Shown here: piece by piece, positions 42,901-54,574 of the stretch
How positions within the stretch are numbered: position 1 is the first letter of the stretch
Layout of the letters: each line of letters starts with the position of its first letter
Assembly (NCBI RefSeq): GCF_009914755.1
Contig: NC_060926.1
Reading direction: 5' to 3' (one strand)
Length of the DNA: 64,000 nucleotides
Source of the DNA: the human T2T-CHM13v2.0 reference genome, Homo sapiens
Notes under the pieces: generated by a model
Seen by the model: only the letters and a program-made list of their open reading frames with translations
What the model was told of the DNA's origin: nothing
Databases searched by the model: none
Translations under genes and position numbers: made by a program

Positions 42901-43539
42901 TCTTCAGCATGGAAGCTACTGGATAATCTAGTAGTCTTGTTTTGAATACAGAGTGGTTCATTTACAGAGGTTCTTGAAGGTGCTAAAAGGCATAAGAAAT
43001 ATCAAAGTCTAGGCAGGAGTAGCCATGGGAGGAATATGGAGATGGCTTGGCTAAGAAACCATGTTTCTTGGAGAACTCCACCTTTCTTTTACTGCTTAGC
43101 ATGAGCCAACACGATGGGTAAAAGTCCATCATTCCCATAATCCCCTCAACATTTTGGAAAAAGTAATCTTTTATTATACTGAAGGGAAGCAAAATATCTC
43201 ATCTCAATAAAACCTATTAAGGTTTTATTTAGGTTTAGAATTCAAGAACTCCAGATAGTGGTTCAAGCTAACTGCAGAGACCCCAAGCAGTTACATATTT
43301 TTCAAGTCCCAAATTAACAAGACCAAATTAAAGATAAAAGGGAGACCTTTAATAATAGATTTTAATTAAAATACAAAAGGTTTATCGAATACTATCTTTC
43401 TACATTGCAATGTGATGGTGACATAGGTGACATTTTACAGTATCAGAGAACATGCTGCTTCATCAGTCTTCATCTTACATAAATTCCGAGAAGATGCTAA
43501 TCTCAAAATTTTCAAGAAATTGAGGGAAAAATCCTAACT

Positions 43540-43760
43540 ATAATTTAATGAGCTCTTCCTACCTGTGCCAGTTTCCCTGTGTATTATATAATTTAATCTT
43601 CTTAACAACATTTTAGGTAGGATATTACCCAAGCAGACAGAAGAAAATTATGACTCAGAAAAATGAAATCCTTTGCTCAAGGTCATTCAGCTGATAAATA
43701 GGGCCAGGATTTAAATGCATCAGTCTGAATCTAGACCGGTGTTTTTTTCTTCATTATCTC
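43540..43760 (-). mobile_element. MIR SINE relic
   Basis: tttaatgagc...tgtgccag...tttaatcttcttaacaac...tgactcaga...ttgctcaaggtca...ccaggatttaaa. Confidence 0.75.
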
Positions 43761-44033
43761 CTTCCCTAAGAAATGATATAGAGCTTTTCTTTTATTCCAG
43801 AATAAATGCTGCAAGGAAGATTCTGGCCTTACAAAGTACTGGTAGGCATGGATTCTTCCAATGGAACAGCCCCCCAGAGATTCATAGAAGAGCTGTGTGC
43901 TCCTTTATGCTCTGCTCCCACACCCATGAAGAGGCTATAAGAGTTTCACAATACACAAAATATAACCCAGATACTTACATTAAATCAAATGACTTTCTGA
44001 AGTTCCCACAGGGGACTTGAGGTATGCTGGGGT

Positions 44034-44116
44034 CAGACACTATGCAGGTTTCCTTTCACAATAGTGGATACAAAGATACCCTTATTTCTTCTCCATTGCT
44101 ATAGGATGTTTAGTCT
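44034..44116 (+). repeat. Copy 1 of a dispersed ~83-bp direct repeat (copy 2 at 48461-48543)
   Basis: 45-nt exact core aaagatacccttatttcttctccattgctataggatgtttagtct at 44072-44116 and 48499-48543. Confidence 0.95.
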
Positions 44117-44198
44117 TTCTCAGATAAACTCAATTTTACAAAGACATATTTATACTATACAACAGGGGTAAAAATTAACTCGGAGAATTAACCAAACA

Positions 44199-44501
44199 GG
44201 TCAGTTGTGGTGGCTCACACTTGTAATATAAGAACTTTGGGAGACTGAAGTGGGAGGATAGCTTGAGGCCAGCAGTTTGAGATCAGCCTGCCAATATAGG
44301 GAGACCCCATCTCTACAAAAAAGTAAAAAATTAGCAGAGTATGTTGGCGCACACCTGTAGTCCTAGCTACTTGAGAGGCTGAGGTAGGATTGCTTGATCC
44401 CAGGAGGTCAAGGTTGTAGTGAGCCGTGATTATGCCACTCCACTCCAGTGCGGGTGACAGAGCAAGACCCCATCTCAAAATAAATAAATAAATAAATAAA
44501 T
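44199..44501 (+). mobile_element. Alu SINE (AluJ-like) with (TAAA)n tail
   Basis: ggaggatagcttgaggccag, gaggtcaaggttgtagtgagccgtgat; TSD agaattaaccaaaca 44184-44198 / agaattagccaagca 44502-44516. Confidence 0.95.
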
Positions 44502-46182
44502 AGAATTAGCCAAGCATCTAATAACATTTACATTTCAGTTAATTTCATAAAGGAAACTTTTCTCCAAATAGAGTGTCTAAAGCACTATACAGTCACTATT
44601 TGAAAGCTCCAAGTCTGAAATGACAAAGGAACATAGAGGTCATGAGATTGTTTGAATAAATATATGAATTAGAAACTCAGATATTTCTGAGACTTAAGGG
44701 AGAGATGGAACCACACAATATTTGTTACATTAATATGTGCCTGTATCATAGAATGTCATTATTTAGAAGTGATTGTGAACTATGGAAACTCTAATAGTGA
44801 CTAAATAAAAGATAAAGAGCTAACCTTCAGGTAAAGGATAGCTTGGTATGAGAATGAACGGGTTTGCTACTGAAGGATGAATAGCAGCAGCTGAATGAGA
44901 TAAGAGGCCTCTTTGATTTTAATGCCCTTCAATATTATTTATGATAAGGCATCGAAAAGGCAAAGAAATGGGCACAAACTGACACATTAGTTTTCAATAT
45001 CTGGAACCTAGTCATTTATGATCTTGAAGTCCAGAAACTATGGTGTCCCAACTTGTTATTAAAACAAGTGACAGTTTTCATGTTTATCGGCCTAGATTGT
45101 GGATAAAACTGCTCTTTTCCAGATCAATTTTTGATAACTTAAGAAACAGTAGTCTCTACCACTTGCCAAAGACAACTATTGCTAATACTTCTGATTTTCC
45201 AAGAAGAAATAGGGTTAAAATTAATCCTGTGTAGCTTCTTACATATTAGGCAGAACTAGTTATATACTTTGTTGAATAGAATGAAATAGTTATTTAAAAC
45301 TTGTAAGAATAACTTTTTCTTTTCTTGCTTATCTGTTTTCATTTTTTTGTTATTGTTTGTTTTTACATTCTTTCTTTTCCTTAAGGGAAAATACTTCCCT
45401 CCCATCTCCTTGACTGAATGACTATGGATGTGATGCAGTCTAGATCAATCATATTCTCTCCTGGGGCCTTTAATTTGTAGTAGAGAACTGGATACAATGC
45501 AGTCCAGATTCTAATATCTGAAAACAGCTCCCTGGCCAAGAAGTCTGTGACTTACCCATGTCCCTGCCCTTCTTGTCTAGCTTTTTTTTTCAAAAAAAAA
45601 AAAACAAAACTCTATGAGTTACACTATGTGTATGTAACTTTTTACTCAAATTAGTCAAAGTCACTCTGCTTAATACTAAGAATGTTGTCTAATATACCTG
45701 TCTTTTGAAGCCCTTCAGTCACAGTCGAAATGAAGACAACTTACAGAGTTAATTTGGAGGCAAAGAATGATTTTATATTATAAGGCATAAGATAGCACAA
45801 TAAATAAGTTATTTAGAAAGATAGTTAGGAATCCCGGAAGTCTGCCTCAGTCTCCAGTGGTGTGCAATTCTTTATTTGGTGCTCTGTCCGTATTACCTAG
45901 ACACCACAGCCAAAGACAGGGATAGTGAACATACAGACATTGACCAATGTTTTTAATAGATCAGAAAACAAAGTTGCTTCAGACTGGAAATTCATAAGGC
46001 GAGTGGTCCCATATCATCCTCACCTAACTCTACCTTAGCAGCTTTTTATTTGAAGTCACCATTTTAAGGAAAAGACAAATGCCTCAATGGGTTTGAAAAT
46101 TGAATTTCTTTACATACTTGCATTTGCAATATATATATATATATATATGTATGTTTTTTCTAATGAAGTAAACTATTTATGG

Positions 46183-46392
46183 CAGGGAAAGCAATCTGTA
46201 TAGCCTGTGGGCCAAATCTGATCCTTGCCCTGTTTTTTGTTTGTGGAAGCTAAGAATGGGGAGTTATTTCTATGTTTTTACAGGGTTTTCATATATAGAA
46301 AACAAATAATATTTGACAGAGACTGTATACGGCCCACAAAATCTAAAATATTTACTCTCTTGCCCTTCTCAGGCAAAGTTTGCCAAACCCTG
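46183..46392. mobile_element. MER58-family hAT-Charlie MITE
   Basis: caggg...ccctg termini; ggcccacaaaatctaaaatatttact...aaagtttgcc; 8-bp TSD atttatgg/ctttatgg. Confidence 0.88.
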
Positions 46393-46593
46393 CTTTATGG
46401 GATACAAATATATTTTGGGAAAAATATATTCTTTTTATTAACTACTTTTTGTAAAGTCTCATCTTTTTGTATGATGCATATTATAAATCTTTTATGTAAA
46501 ACTCTGAATAGCTCAGCAAAATAAAAATTTGGAAAGATAAAAATAGTTCAATTAATAGATCACTTCCATATATTCTGCATTAAATCATAAGTT

Positions 46594-46665
46594 TACATAT
46601 ACATATGTATACATATATATGCAAACATACATACACACATATGTATGTATGTATATGTATATATA
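46594..46665. repeat. (TA/CA/TG) alternating purine-pyrimidine microsatellite
   Basis: tacatatacatatgtatacatatatat...atgtatgtatgtatatgtatatata. Confidence 0.85.
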
Positions 46666-48344
46666 AAGAGATAAAAACCTTACTGTATTTTCATTAGTAT
46701 ACTTTCTATTTGTCAATGATGGTGATTTGGCACTTCAAATTTGATGAGACTCTGCCAAACTTTTAAAAACATTCCATAAGATTAAAAATAAATAGCAGTA
46801 CATTGAAAAGTTTAAAAATATGAAACAAATACTATTTTAAATGGACCAGTGGGGGGACATCAAAGAAACTCCCATTAATTCCCCTAATTCAAAAGTTCTT
46901 TCTCTTTTGTACGTTTGATTCTAATATAGTTTTTACATAGGAAAATATAATATTTCGTATAAAAGATTTAATAGTTTCATTAGTCATATAGGCTAAAATA
47001 AGTCCAATCACAGTAACTTTGCCCAACAAAAGTTGTTTCTAACCCTTGTTACATGTTCAAGGAAGGCTAGCAAGGGCAGAGAATTTTGTCTTTGCAAAGT
47101 CACCTAGGTACCCAAGACAATGGAGCCTTTGCCATCTAGATCAAATGTCACCAGTGCTCAGGGCAGGGCAAGAGAGAAAGACAAAGGGATTCTGAAAGGG
47201 TTTTTTACTTTCTTTGCCCACAAGTGACCCACAGTTAAGTTTTCTGTTTTGGCTCATGGCCCTGCCTAAATGCAAGTCCACTAGGAAATGCAGTTTTCCA
47301 TGTGCCCTGGGAGGAAGAATATGATGTGCGAATTGATGCACATTTTCTCTGCCATACTATACGAAGTTTTAAGTAAATTATGTGTTCCAGCTACATGATT
47401 TCTATTTGGTATGGGCCTTCTGGAAGAAAAGAAACATTTTCCAAAGCTCAAGGATTGTTTTAGTTGCTTAGTGCCAATTAAATTCAAGTAAAATTTATTA
47501 CCTATTTTGCTGAACCACATGGAAGTGTCACAACAGTAAGTGTCAGCCCAGAAATGGGTTTTTAGGAGAAAGGAATGTTATTAGTTTGAGAAGCATCAAA
47601 TTCTGGCTCCCCAAGCAGATGGTCCTTGTATTGGCCACTGTCCCAGAGAATCATCTCCTGGAATGTTCCAAGAGAAAAAATGACTCACTCTATAACTTTC
47701 TCCAAAGGAAAAAAAGAAGGATCAAGAGGTGTTTCGTATGTTTTCCCCTTTCCCTTTTTGCATTGTTTTTTTTTTTCTTTTAACAGATCACTGACTGCTC
47801 AAATGCAGAGTTTCCCTTTGCAACTCTCAAATTACTCATGACACACTACTTAGGCCAGTGTTCTCTAGCAGTAACACCATACTCAGAACTCCCTTTTTCC
47901 TTCTTCCGCACATCAGAACATAAGAACTTCCTGTGTATTCTAATAGTCATTTACTGGAAATCTTAGTAAGTTTGATGTGTTGATGTTAGTTGGTATTAGT
48001 GATGGAATCTTTTATCTGTTTGCAGAAATTATCTGCATTAAAAAAAAAATGGAATCTTGGAGAAGTGATGCCCGTTATCCAGTGTTATTTGTTTTTAATG
48101 GCAGATTATCAATAATCATGTCATGGTAGATTCCCAGGAGAACATTCAAGCAGGGAGTCTTTTCATGATCCTCCCAAAATGTTATTCATTATAAAATAGC
48201 TTGCTATTTTGTCTGACTATATTCAGTGTCATTTATTTATTCAAATGTTTATATTTTTAATTCATCAAATATTTATTATTTACATACTATTGGCCAGATA
48301 GTATCTGGGAATGAGATAATACATTTTCACTGCTTTCAAGGAGG

Positions 48345-51300
48345 TACTGACTGGATGCAGGCTCTCATCTCTCACCACCGCCACTGCTGCCTCTACCTGA
48401 ACATGCTGCCCAGAAGCCTGGGAATTGCCCCACCTATTTACTATAGTCTGCATCCATGTGCAGACTATATGCAGGATTCCTTGCACAATTAGGGATAGAA
48501 AGATACCCTTATTTCTTCTCCATTGCTATAGGATGTTTAGTCTGTCATAGTGAAGAAGGGGGTATAGGACAGGCACATCTAGACTGCCACCACCCCCCTC
48601 AATGCTGGAGCATGCCACTTAGGGGCCTGTGGATTGCCCTGCCCCATTCACCATATCTTGGATCTGTGCATTTCCCTCAGCAGCCTGAGAATGAGCCTGC
48701 CCAGCCTTCCAGCACCACCAGTGCCCACACCCACCCCCACACATGCCACCAGGAAACCTGAGAACTGGCCCACCCATCTCATCACAGCCAATACTAACAC
48801 CAGTGTGTGCTACCTGAAGCTCAAGGATTATCCCACCACTGCTATTGCCATTGCCCACAGCACACTTGCTGCCTATGGGACTGAGGAACCACCCACCTGC
48901 CCAGCCCATTGCTGCTATTGCTGGCACTTAAGCCAGCCACCTGGAGCCACAAAAATTAGATCCTCTGGACCTACTAACACCAGCTGCCACATACAATTCC
49001 TGGGTCCCCAAGTACAAGCATGTTTAGCCTTTAGCAGCCACCTCTGGGCTCAAGGCCTGGCCCAACTGGCATCCCCGTCCCTAGGAAAGCTTCACATATC
49101 CTCTAATAACAACTTCAGCCTAAACACTGAAGAAATCACAGACACCACTGACACTGTTTATAGCTTAAGACATTGTAGGGAGACTACACTACTGCACACA
49201 CCCAGAAACAAACCTAAAGAGCTTTAATCAAACAATACCATAGATGCATCTTCAGGAAAAAGTCTTCCTCAGTGAAAGCCAATCCAAAAAATTGGAGGAA
49301 GTGGCTGTCACACCAGATGTGTAGATATCAAGGTAAGGACACAATAAAAATGAAAAACAAGGAAATATAACACCTCTGAAGAAACACAATAATTCTCTAG
49401 CAACAGATTCCAATGAAAAAGAAATTTTTGAAATGCCAGAAAAATAATTCAGAATAATGATATCAAAGAAGTTCATTGAGATCCAAAAATACACAGATAA
49501 ACATTACAAATAAATCAGAAAGAGACAATTCAAAACGTGAATGAGAAATTCACCTTAAGAGAGAAATATCCTACAAAAAAAAACAAACAAAAATCCTAGA
49601 ATTGAAGAATGCTATGAACTAAAAAGTACATTCAAGAGCATCACTAGAAGAAAGAATTTTATAACATAAAGACAAGGTTTTTGAAATAACTCAGACAAAA
49701 AAAGAAAGAAAAAGGAATAAAAAAGAATGAAACTAAGCCTACCTAACATATAGGATACCATAAAGCAACTAAATATTCTAATTTTGGGTTCAAGATGATG
49801 AAGACAAGGCCAAAGGCATACAAAAACCATTAAATGAAATAAAAGATTAAAAACTTCCCAAGTCCAGAAAGATATTAGACATCCAGATATAGGAAGCTCA
49901 GAGGTCCCCAAATAGACACAACCCTAAAAAGGTTCCATAGCACATTACAGTCAAAGTGCCAAAAGTCAAAGACAGGGAGAATTCTAAAAATAGCAAGAGG
50001 AAAGCTTCTAGTCACGTGTAAGGGAGCCGCCATCAGACTAACAGTGAATTTCTCAGCAGGAACCTTATTGGCCAGGAGGGAATGGGATGATATATTCAAA
50101 ATGCTGAAAGAAAGAAAGAAAAAAAAAACCTGTCAGCTAAGAGTACTATACCCAGCAATATTATCCTTCATGAAAGAAGGAGAAATATAGTCTTTCCCAG
50201 ACAAGCAAAAACTGAGGAAATTTGCCACAACTGCACTGGCCCCGCAAGATATACTTAAGGGATCCCTATACCTGGAAGTGAAAGGTCATTATCTACCATC
50301 ATGAAAACATGAACATATAAAACTCACTGGTAGAGTAAACACACAAATGAGGAAGAGAAACAACTCAGAAGTTACCACTACAGAAAACTACCAAACTGCA
50401 ATGATGAACAATAAGAGAGAAAGAAAGGAACACAAAAATATACAAAACAAATAGTAAACAATTAATAAAATAGCAGGAATAAGTTCTCACATGTCAATAA
50501 TAACTTTGTAAATGAATTAAATTTTCCACTTAAAAGATATAGACTGGCTGAATAGATAAAAATATGACCCAAGTATATGCTACCTACAAGAAATTCACTT
50601 CACCTGTAAAGACACATATAGCCTAAAAGTTAAGTGATGGAAAAATATATTCGATGCAAATGGAAACTAAAAGTGAGCAGAAGTAGCTACCCTTATGTCA
50701 GGTAAAACAAACTTTAAGTCAAAAACAGTAAAAAGAGCCAACGAAGGTAATTGTATAATAAAGGGATCAATTCATCAAAAGAATATTACAATTATAAAAA
50801 TATATGCACCCAACATTGGAGCTTTCAGATATATAAAGAAAATATTACTAAATCTAAAGAGGGGGATATACTTTAATACAATTCTCCACTCTCAGCATTA
50901 GATAGGTTATCTAGACAGAAATATAACAAAGAAACATTGAATTTAAATTGTGCTTTAGATCAAATGGACCTAACAGACATTTACATAACATTTTATTTAA
51001 CAGCTGCAGAATACACATTCTTCTCATAAGCAGATGGGTCATTATGCAGGTTAGATCATATGCTAGGTAACAAAACAAGTCTGAATAAATTTTAGAAAAT
51101 GAAAATCATTATCAAGTATGTTTTCTGACCATAATGAAATAAAACTAGAAATTAATAACAATAGGAACTTTGGAAACTGTACAAATACATGAAATTAAAA
51201 ACATGCTCCTGAATGACCATCAGGTGAATGAAGAAATTAAGAGGAGAATCACAATTTTTTTTCAAACAAATGAATATGGAAACACAATACACCAAGACCT

Positions 51301-54300
51301 ATGGGATACAGCAAAAGCAGTACTAACAGAAAAGTTAATAGGAGTAAATCACCTATATCAAAAATGTAGAAAGATTTCAAACAAACAGTCTGCTGATTGA
51401 CCTCAAGGAACTAGAAAAGCAAGAACAAACCAAACGAAAGCTTAGTAGAAGGAAAGAAATAATAAAAATCAAAGCAGAACTAAATAAAAGGGACTAAAAA
51501 ATCCCTAAATAATGCAAAGGATCAATGAAACAAAGTTGGTTTTTAAAGATAAAAATCTATAAATCACTTGCTAGACTAACCAAGGAAAAAAAGAGCAAGA
51601 CCCAAATAAACAAAATTAAAAATGAAAAAGGAGACGTTACAACTGATATCACAGAAATAAATACAAAAGGTCATCAGAGACCGTTATGAATAGCAATACT
51701 CTAACAAACTGGAAAACCTAGAGGAAATGGATAAAAAATACCAAGATTGAATGAGGAAGAAATAGAAAACTTGAACAGACCAATAATGAGTAATGACATT
51801 AAATCAGTAATAAAAATTCTCCCCATGAAGAAAAGCCCAAGACCAGATGGCTACATGGCTGAATTCTATGAAACTTGTAAAGAAGAACTAACACCAATTA
51901 TTTTCTAACTATTCTACAAAATTGAAGAGGAGGAAATTCTCCCTAACTCATTCTATAAGCAAGCATTACTTATAGACAAGGACACAACAAGAAAGAAAAC
52001 TACAGGGTATAGTCCTGATGAACATAAACTAAAATCCTTAACAAAGTACTAGCAAACCAAATCCAACAACAGCACATCAAAAAGATAATACATGATGATC
52101 AAGTGGGATTTATCCCAGCAATGTAAGAATGTTTCAACATATGCAAACCAATAAATGTGATATATCACATCAACAGAATGAGGAAGAAAAACCATATGAT
52201 CATCTCAACAGACACAGAAAAAGTGATAAAATTTCACATCCCTTTATGATAAAAACTCTCAAAAACTAGTCATAGAAGAAACATACCTCAACATAATAAG
52301 GTCACATGTAACAAACTCACAGCTAACATCACATTTAATGGGGAAAAAGTGAAAGCCTTTCCTCTAAGACCTAGAACAAGACAAGGATGTCAACTTTCAC
52401 CACTTCTATTTAGCATAGTACTAGAAGTTTTAGCCAGAGCAACCAGGAAAGAGTAAGAAATAAAAGCCTTCTGAAAAGGAAAAGAGAAAGTCAAATTATC
52501 CTTCTTTGTAGATAACATGATATTATATTTAGAAAAACCAAAAGGCTCTATTAAAAAACTCTTAGATCTGATAAACAAATTCAGTGAAGTAGCAGCATAG
52601 AAAAACAACATGCAAAGATGAGTAGCATTTCTATACACCAATAATGAACTAGCTGAAAAGAAAAGAAGGCAATCTCATTTGCAATAGCTGCAAAAAAAAA
52701 AAAGACTAGTAATAAGTTTAACTAAGGAGGTGAAAGATCTCTATAAGGAAAAGCACAAAACGCTGATGAAAGAAATTGAAGAGGACACAAACAAAAAAAT
52801 CCCATGTTTGTGAATCAAAAGAATTAATATTGTTAGAATGGCCATACTATCCAAAGTAATCTATAAACAATGCAATCCTTAACAAAATATCAATGTCATT
52901 TCTCACAGAAATAGAAAAAACAATCCTGAAATTTATATGGGACCAAAATGTATATGGAACCGAACAACCCAAACATCCTGAACAAAAAGAACAAAGTTGG
53001 AGGCATCACACTTCCTGATTTCAATATATACTATGATGCTATAGTAATAAAAAGAGCATGATATTTGTGTGAAAAACAGACACACAGATCAATGGAACAG
53101 AATAGAAACCCAGAAAGAAATCTGTGTATTTAGAAACAACTGATATTTGACAAAGGAGCCAAGGACATACATCAGGAAAGAGACACCTTCTTCGATAAAT
53201 TGCGCCAGGAAAACTAGATATTCGTATGCAGAAATATGAAACTAGACATTTATCTCTCACCATATACAAAAATCAACTCAACATGGATTAAAGACTTAAA
53301 CACAAGGCCCCAAGCTATAAAACTACTAAAAGAAAACGTAGGGGAAACACTCCAGGACATTGGCACAGGCAAATATTTTATGGTTAAGATCTCAAAAGTA
53401 CAGGCAATAAAAACAAAAAATAGACAAATGGTACTATGTTAAACTAAAATGCTTCTGTATGGCAAATAAAACAATCCACAGAGTGAAGCAACAACCTCTT
53501 GAATGGGAAAAAATATTTGCAAACTATTCAACTGACAGGGGCTAATATCCAGAATATATAAGGAACATAAACAACTCAACAGGAAACAAACAATAACTCA
53601 ATTAGAAAGTGGACAAAGAACCTGAATAGACATTTCTTTTTGAGAATTTCTCAAAAAGAAATGTCTGTTCTTCTTTTGAAAGGAGAATTTGTATATGATC
53701 AACATGTAAATGATAAAATGTCCAACATCACTGTCATTAGAGAAGCACAAATCAAAATCATAATGAGATATCATGCTACCCCAGATTGAGTGGCTATTCT
53801 CAAAAAGAAAAGAAAATAACTGATGTTGGTGAGGATGCAGAGGAAGGAAAACTCATGCCTTGTTGATGGGAACATAAATTAGTACAGCAATAATGAAGAC
53901 AGTATGGAAATTTCTTAAAAACTAACTATAGTACTACTCCATGAATCCCACTACTGGGTATTTACCCAAAGGAAAATCAGTATATGGAAGGGATGCTTGC
54001 ACCCCCATGTTTATTGCAGTACTACTCACAATAGCAAAGATATGAAATCAACCTAAGTGCTCATCAATGGATGAATGAAAAAAGAAAATCTGGTAAACAT
54101 ATATGATGAAATATGATTTGGCCATAAACCCCCCCCAAATCCTGTCATTTGCAGCAATATGGGTGGAACTAGAGGTCACTATGTTAAATGAAATAAGCCA
54201 GTTACATAAGGACAAAAATCATGTGTTCTCATTTATATGGTGGAGCTAAAAAAAAGTTAATCTCTTGGAAGTAGACAGTAAAATGATAGTTAACAGAGGC

Positions 54301-54562
54301 TAGGAATGGTGTGTGGTGCAGGTGGAGGTGGGAAGAGGTAGATGAAGAGAGGTTGATTAGTGGGTAGAAACACACTGTTAGAGAGAAGGGATAAGCTTTA
54401 ATGTTCAATAGCAGAGTATAGTGGCCATAATTAACAGAAATGTATTCTATATTTCAAAATAGCTAGAAGATTAAACACCCTGGCTTGATCATCACACATT
54501 CAGTGCATATAACAAAGTATCACATGTACCCCCATAAATGAGTACAAATATTATGTATCAAT
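48345..54562 (+). mobile_element. Near full-length decayed LINE-1 (L1MA4-like): 5' UTR, ORF1, ORF2, 3' UTR
   Basis: C-rich repeated 5' UTR; ORF1 remnant (~49330-50300); EN motif ICYLQE (atatgctacctacaagaa); RT motif decayed to FVDNM near 52505; L1MA4-type 3' UTR (tatatttcaaaatagctagaaga...cacatgtacccccataaat); many stops. Confidence 0.93.
53624..53670. repeat. Near-perfect palindrome, 23-bp arms, 1-nt centre
   Basis: gaatagacatttctttttgagaa-t-ttctcaaaaagaaatgtctgttc, one mismatch. Confidence 0.93.
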
Positions 54563-54574
54563 GATTCAGAAAGT

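Noticed and set aside
48634-49227. Longest ORF in the window (197 aa, Pro/Thr/His-rich)
   Set aside because: Lies in the C-rich repeated L1M 5' UTR, where stops are rare; non-ATG start and no recognisable domain
50695-53442. Endonuclease/RT-like ORFs
   Set aside because: Decayed L1MA4 ORF2 with many stops; catalytic FADD motif changed to FVDN
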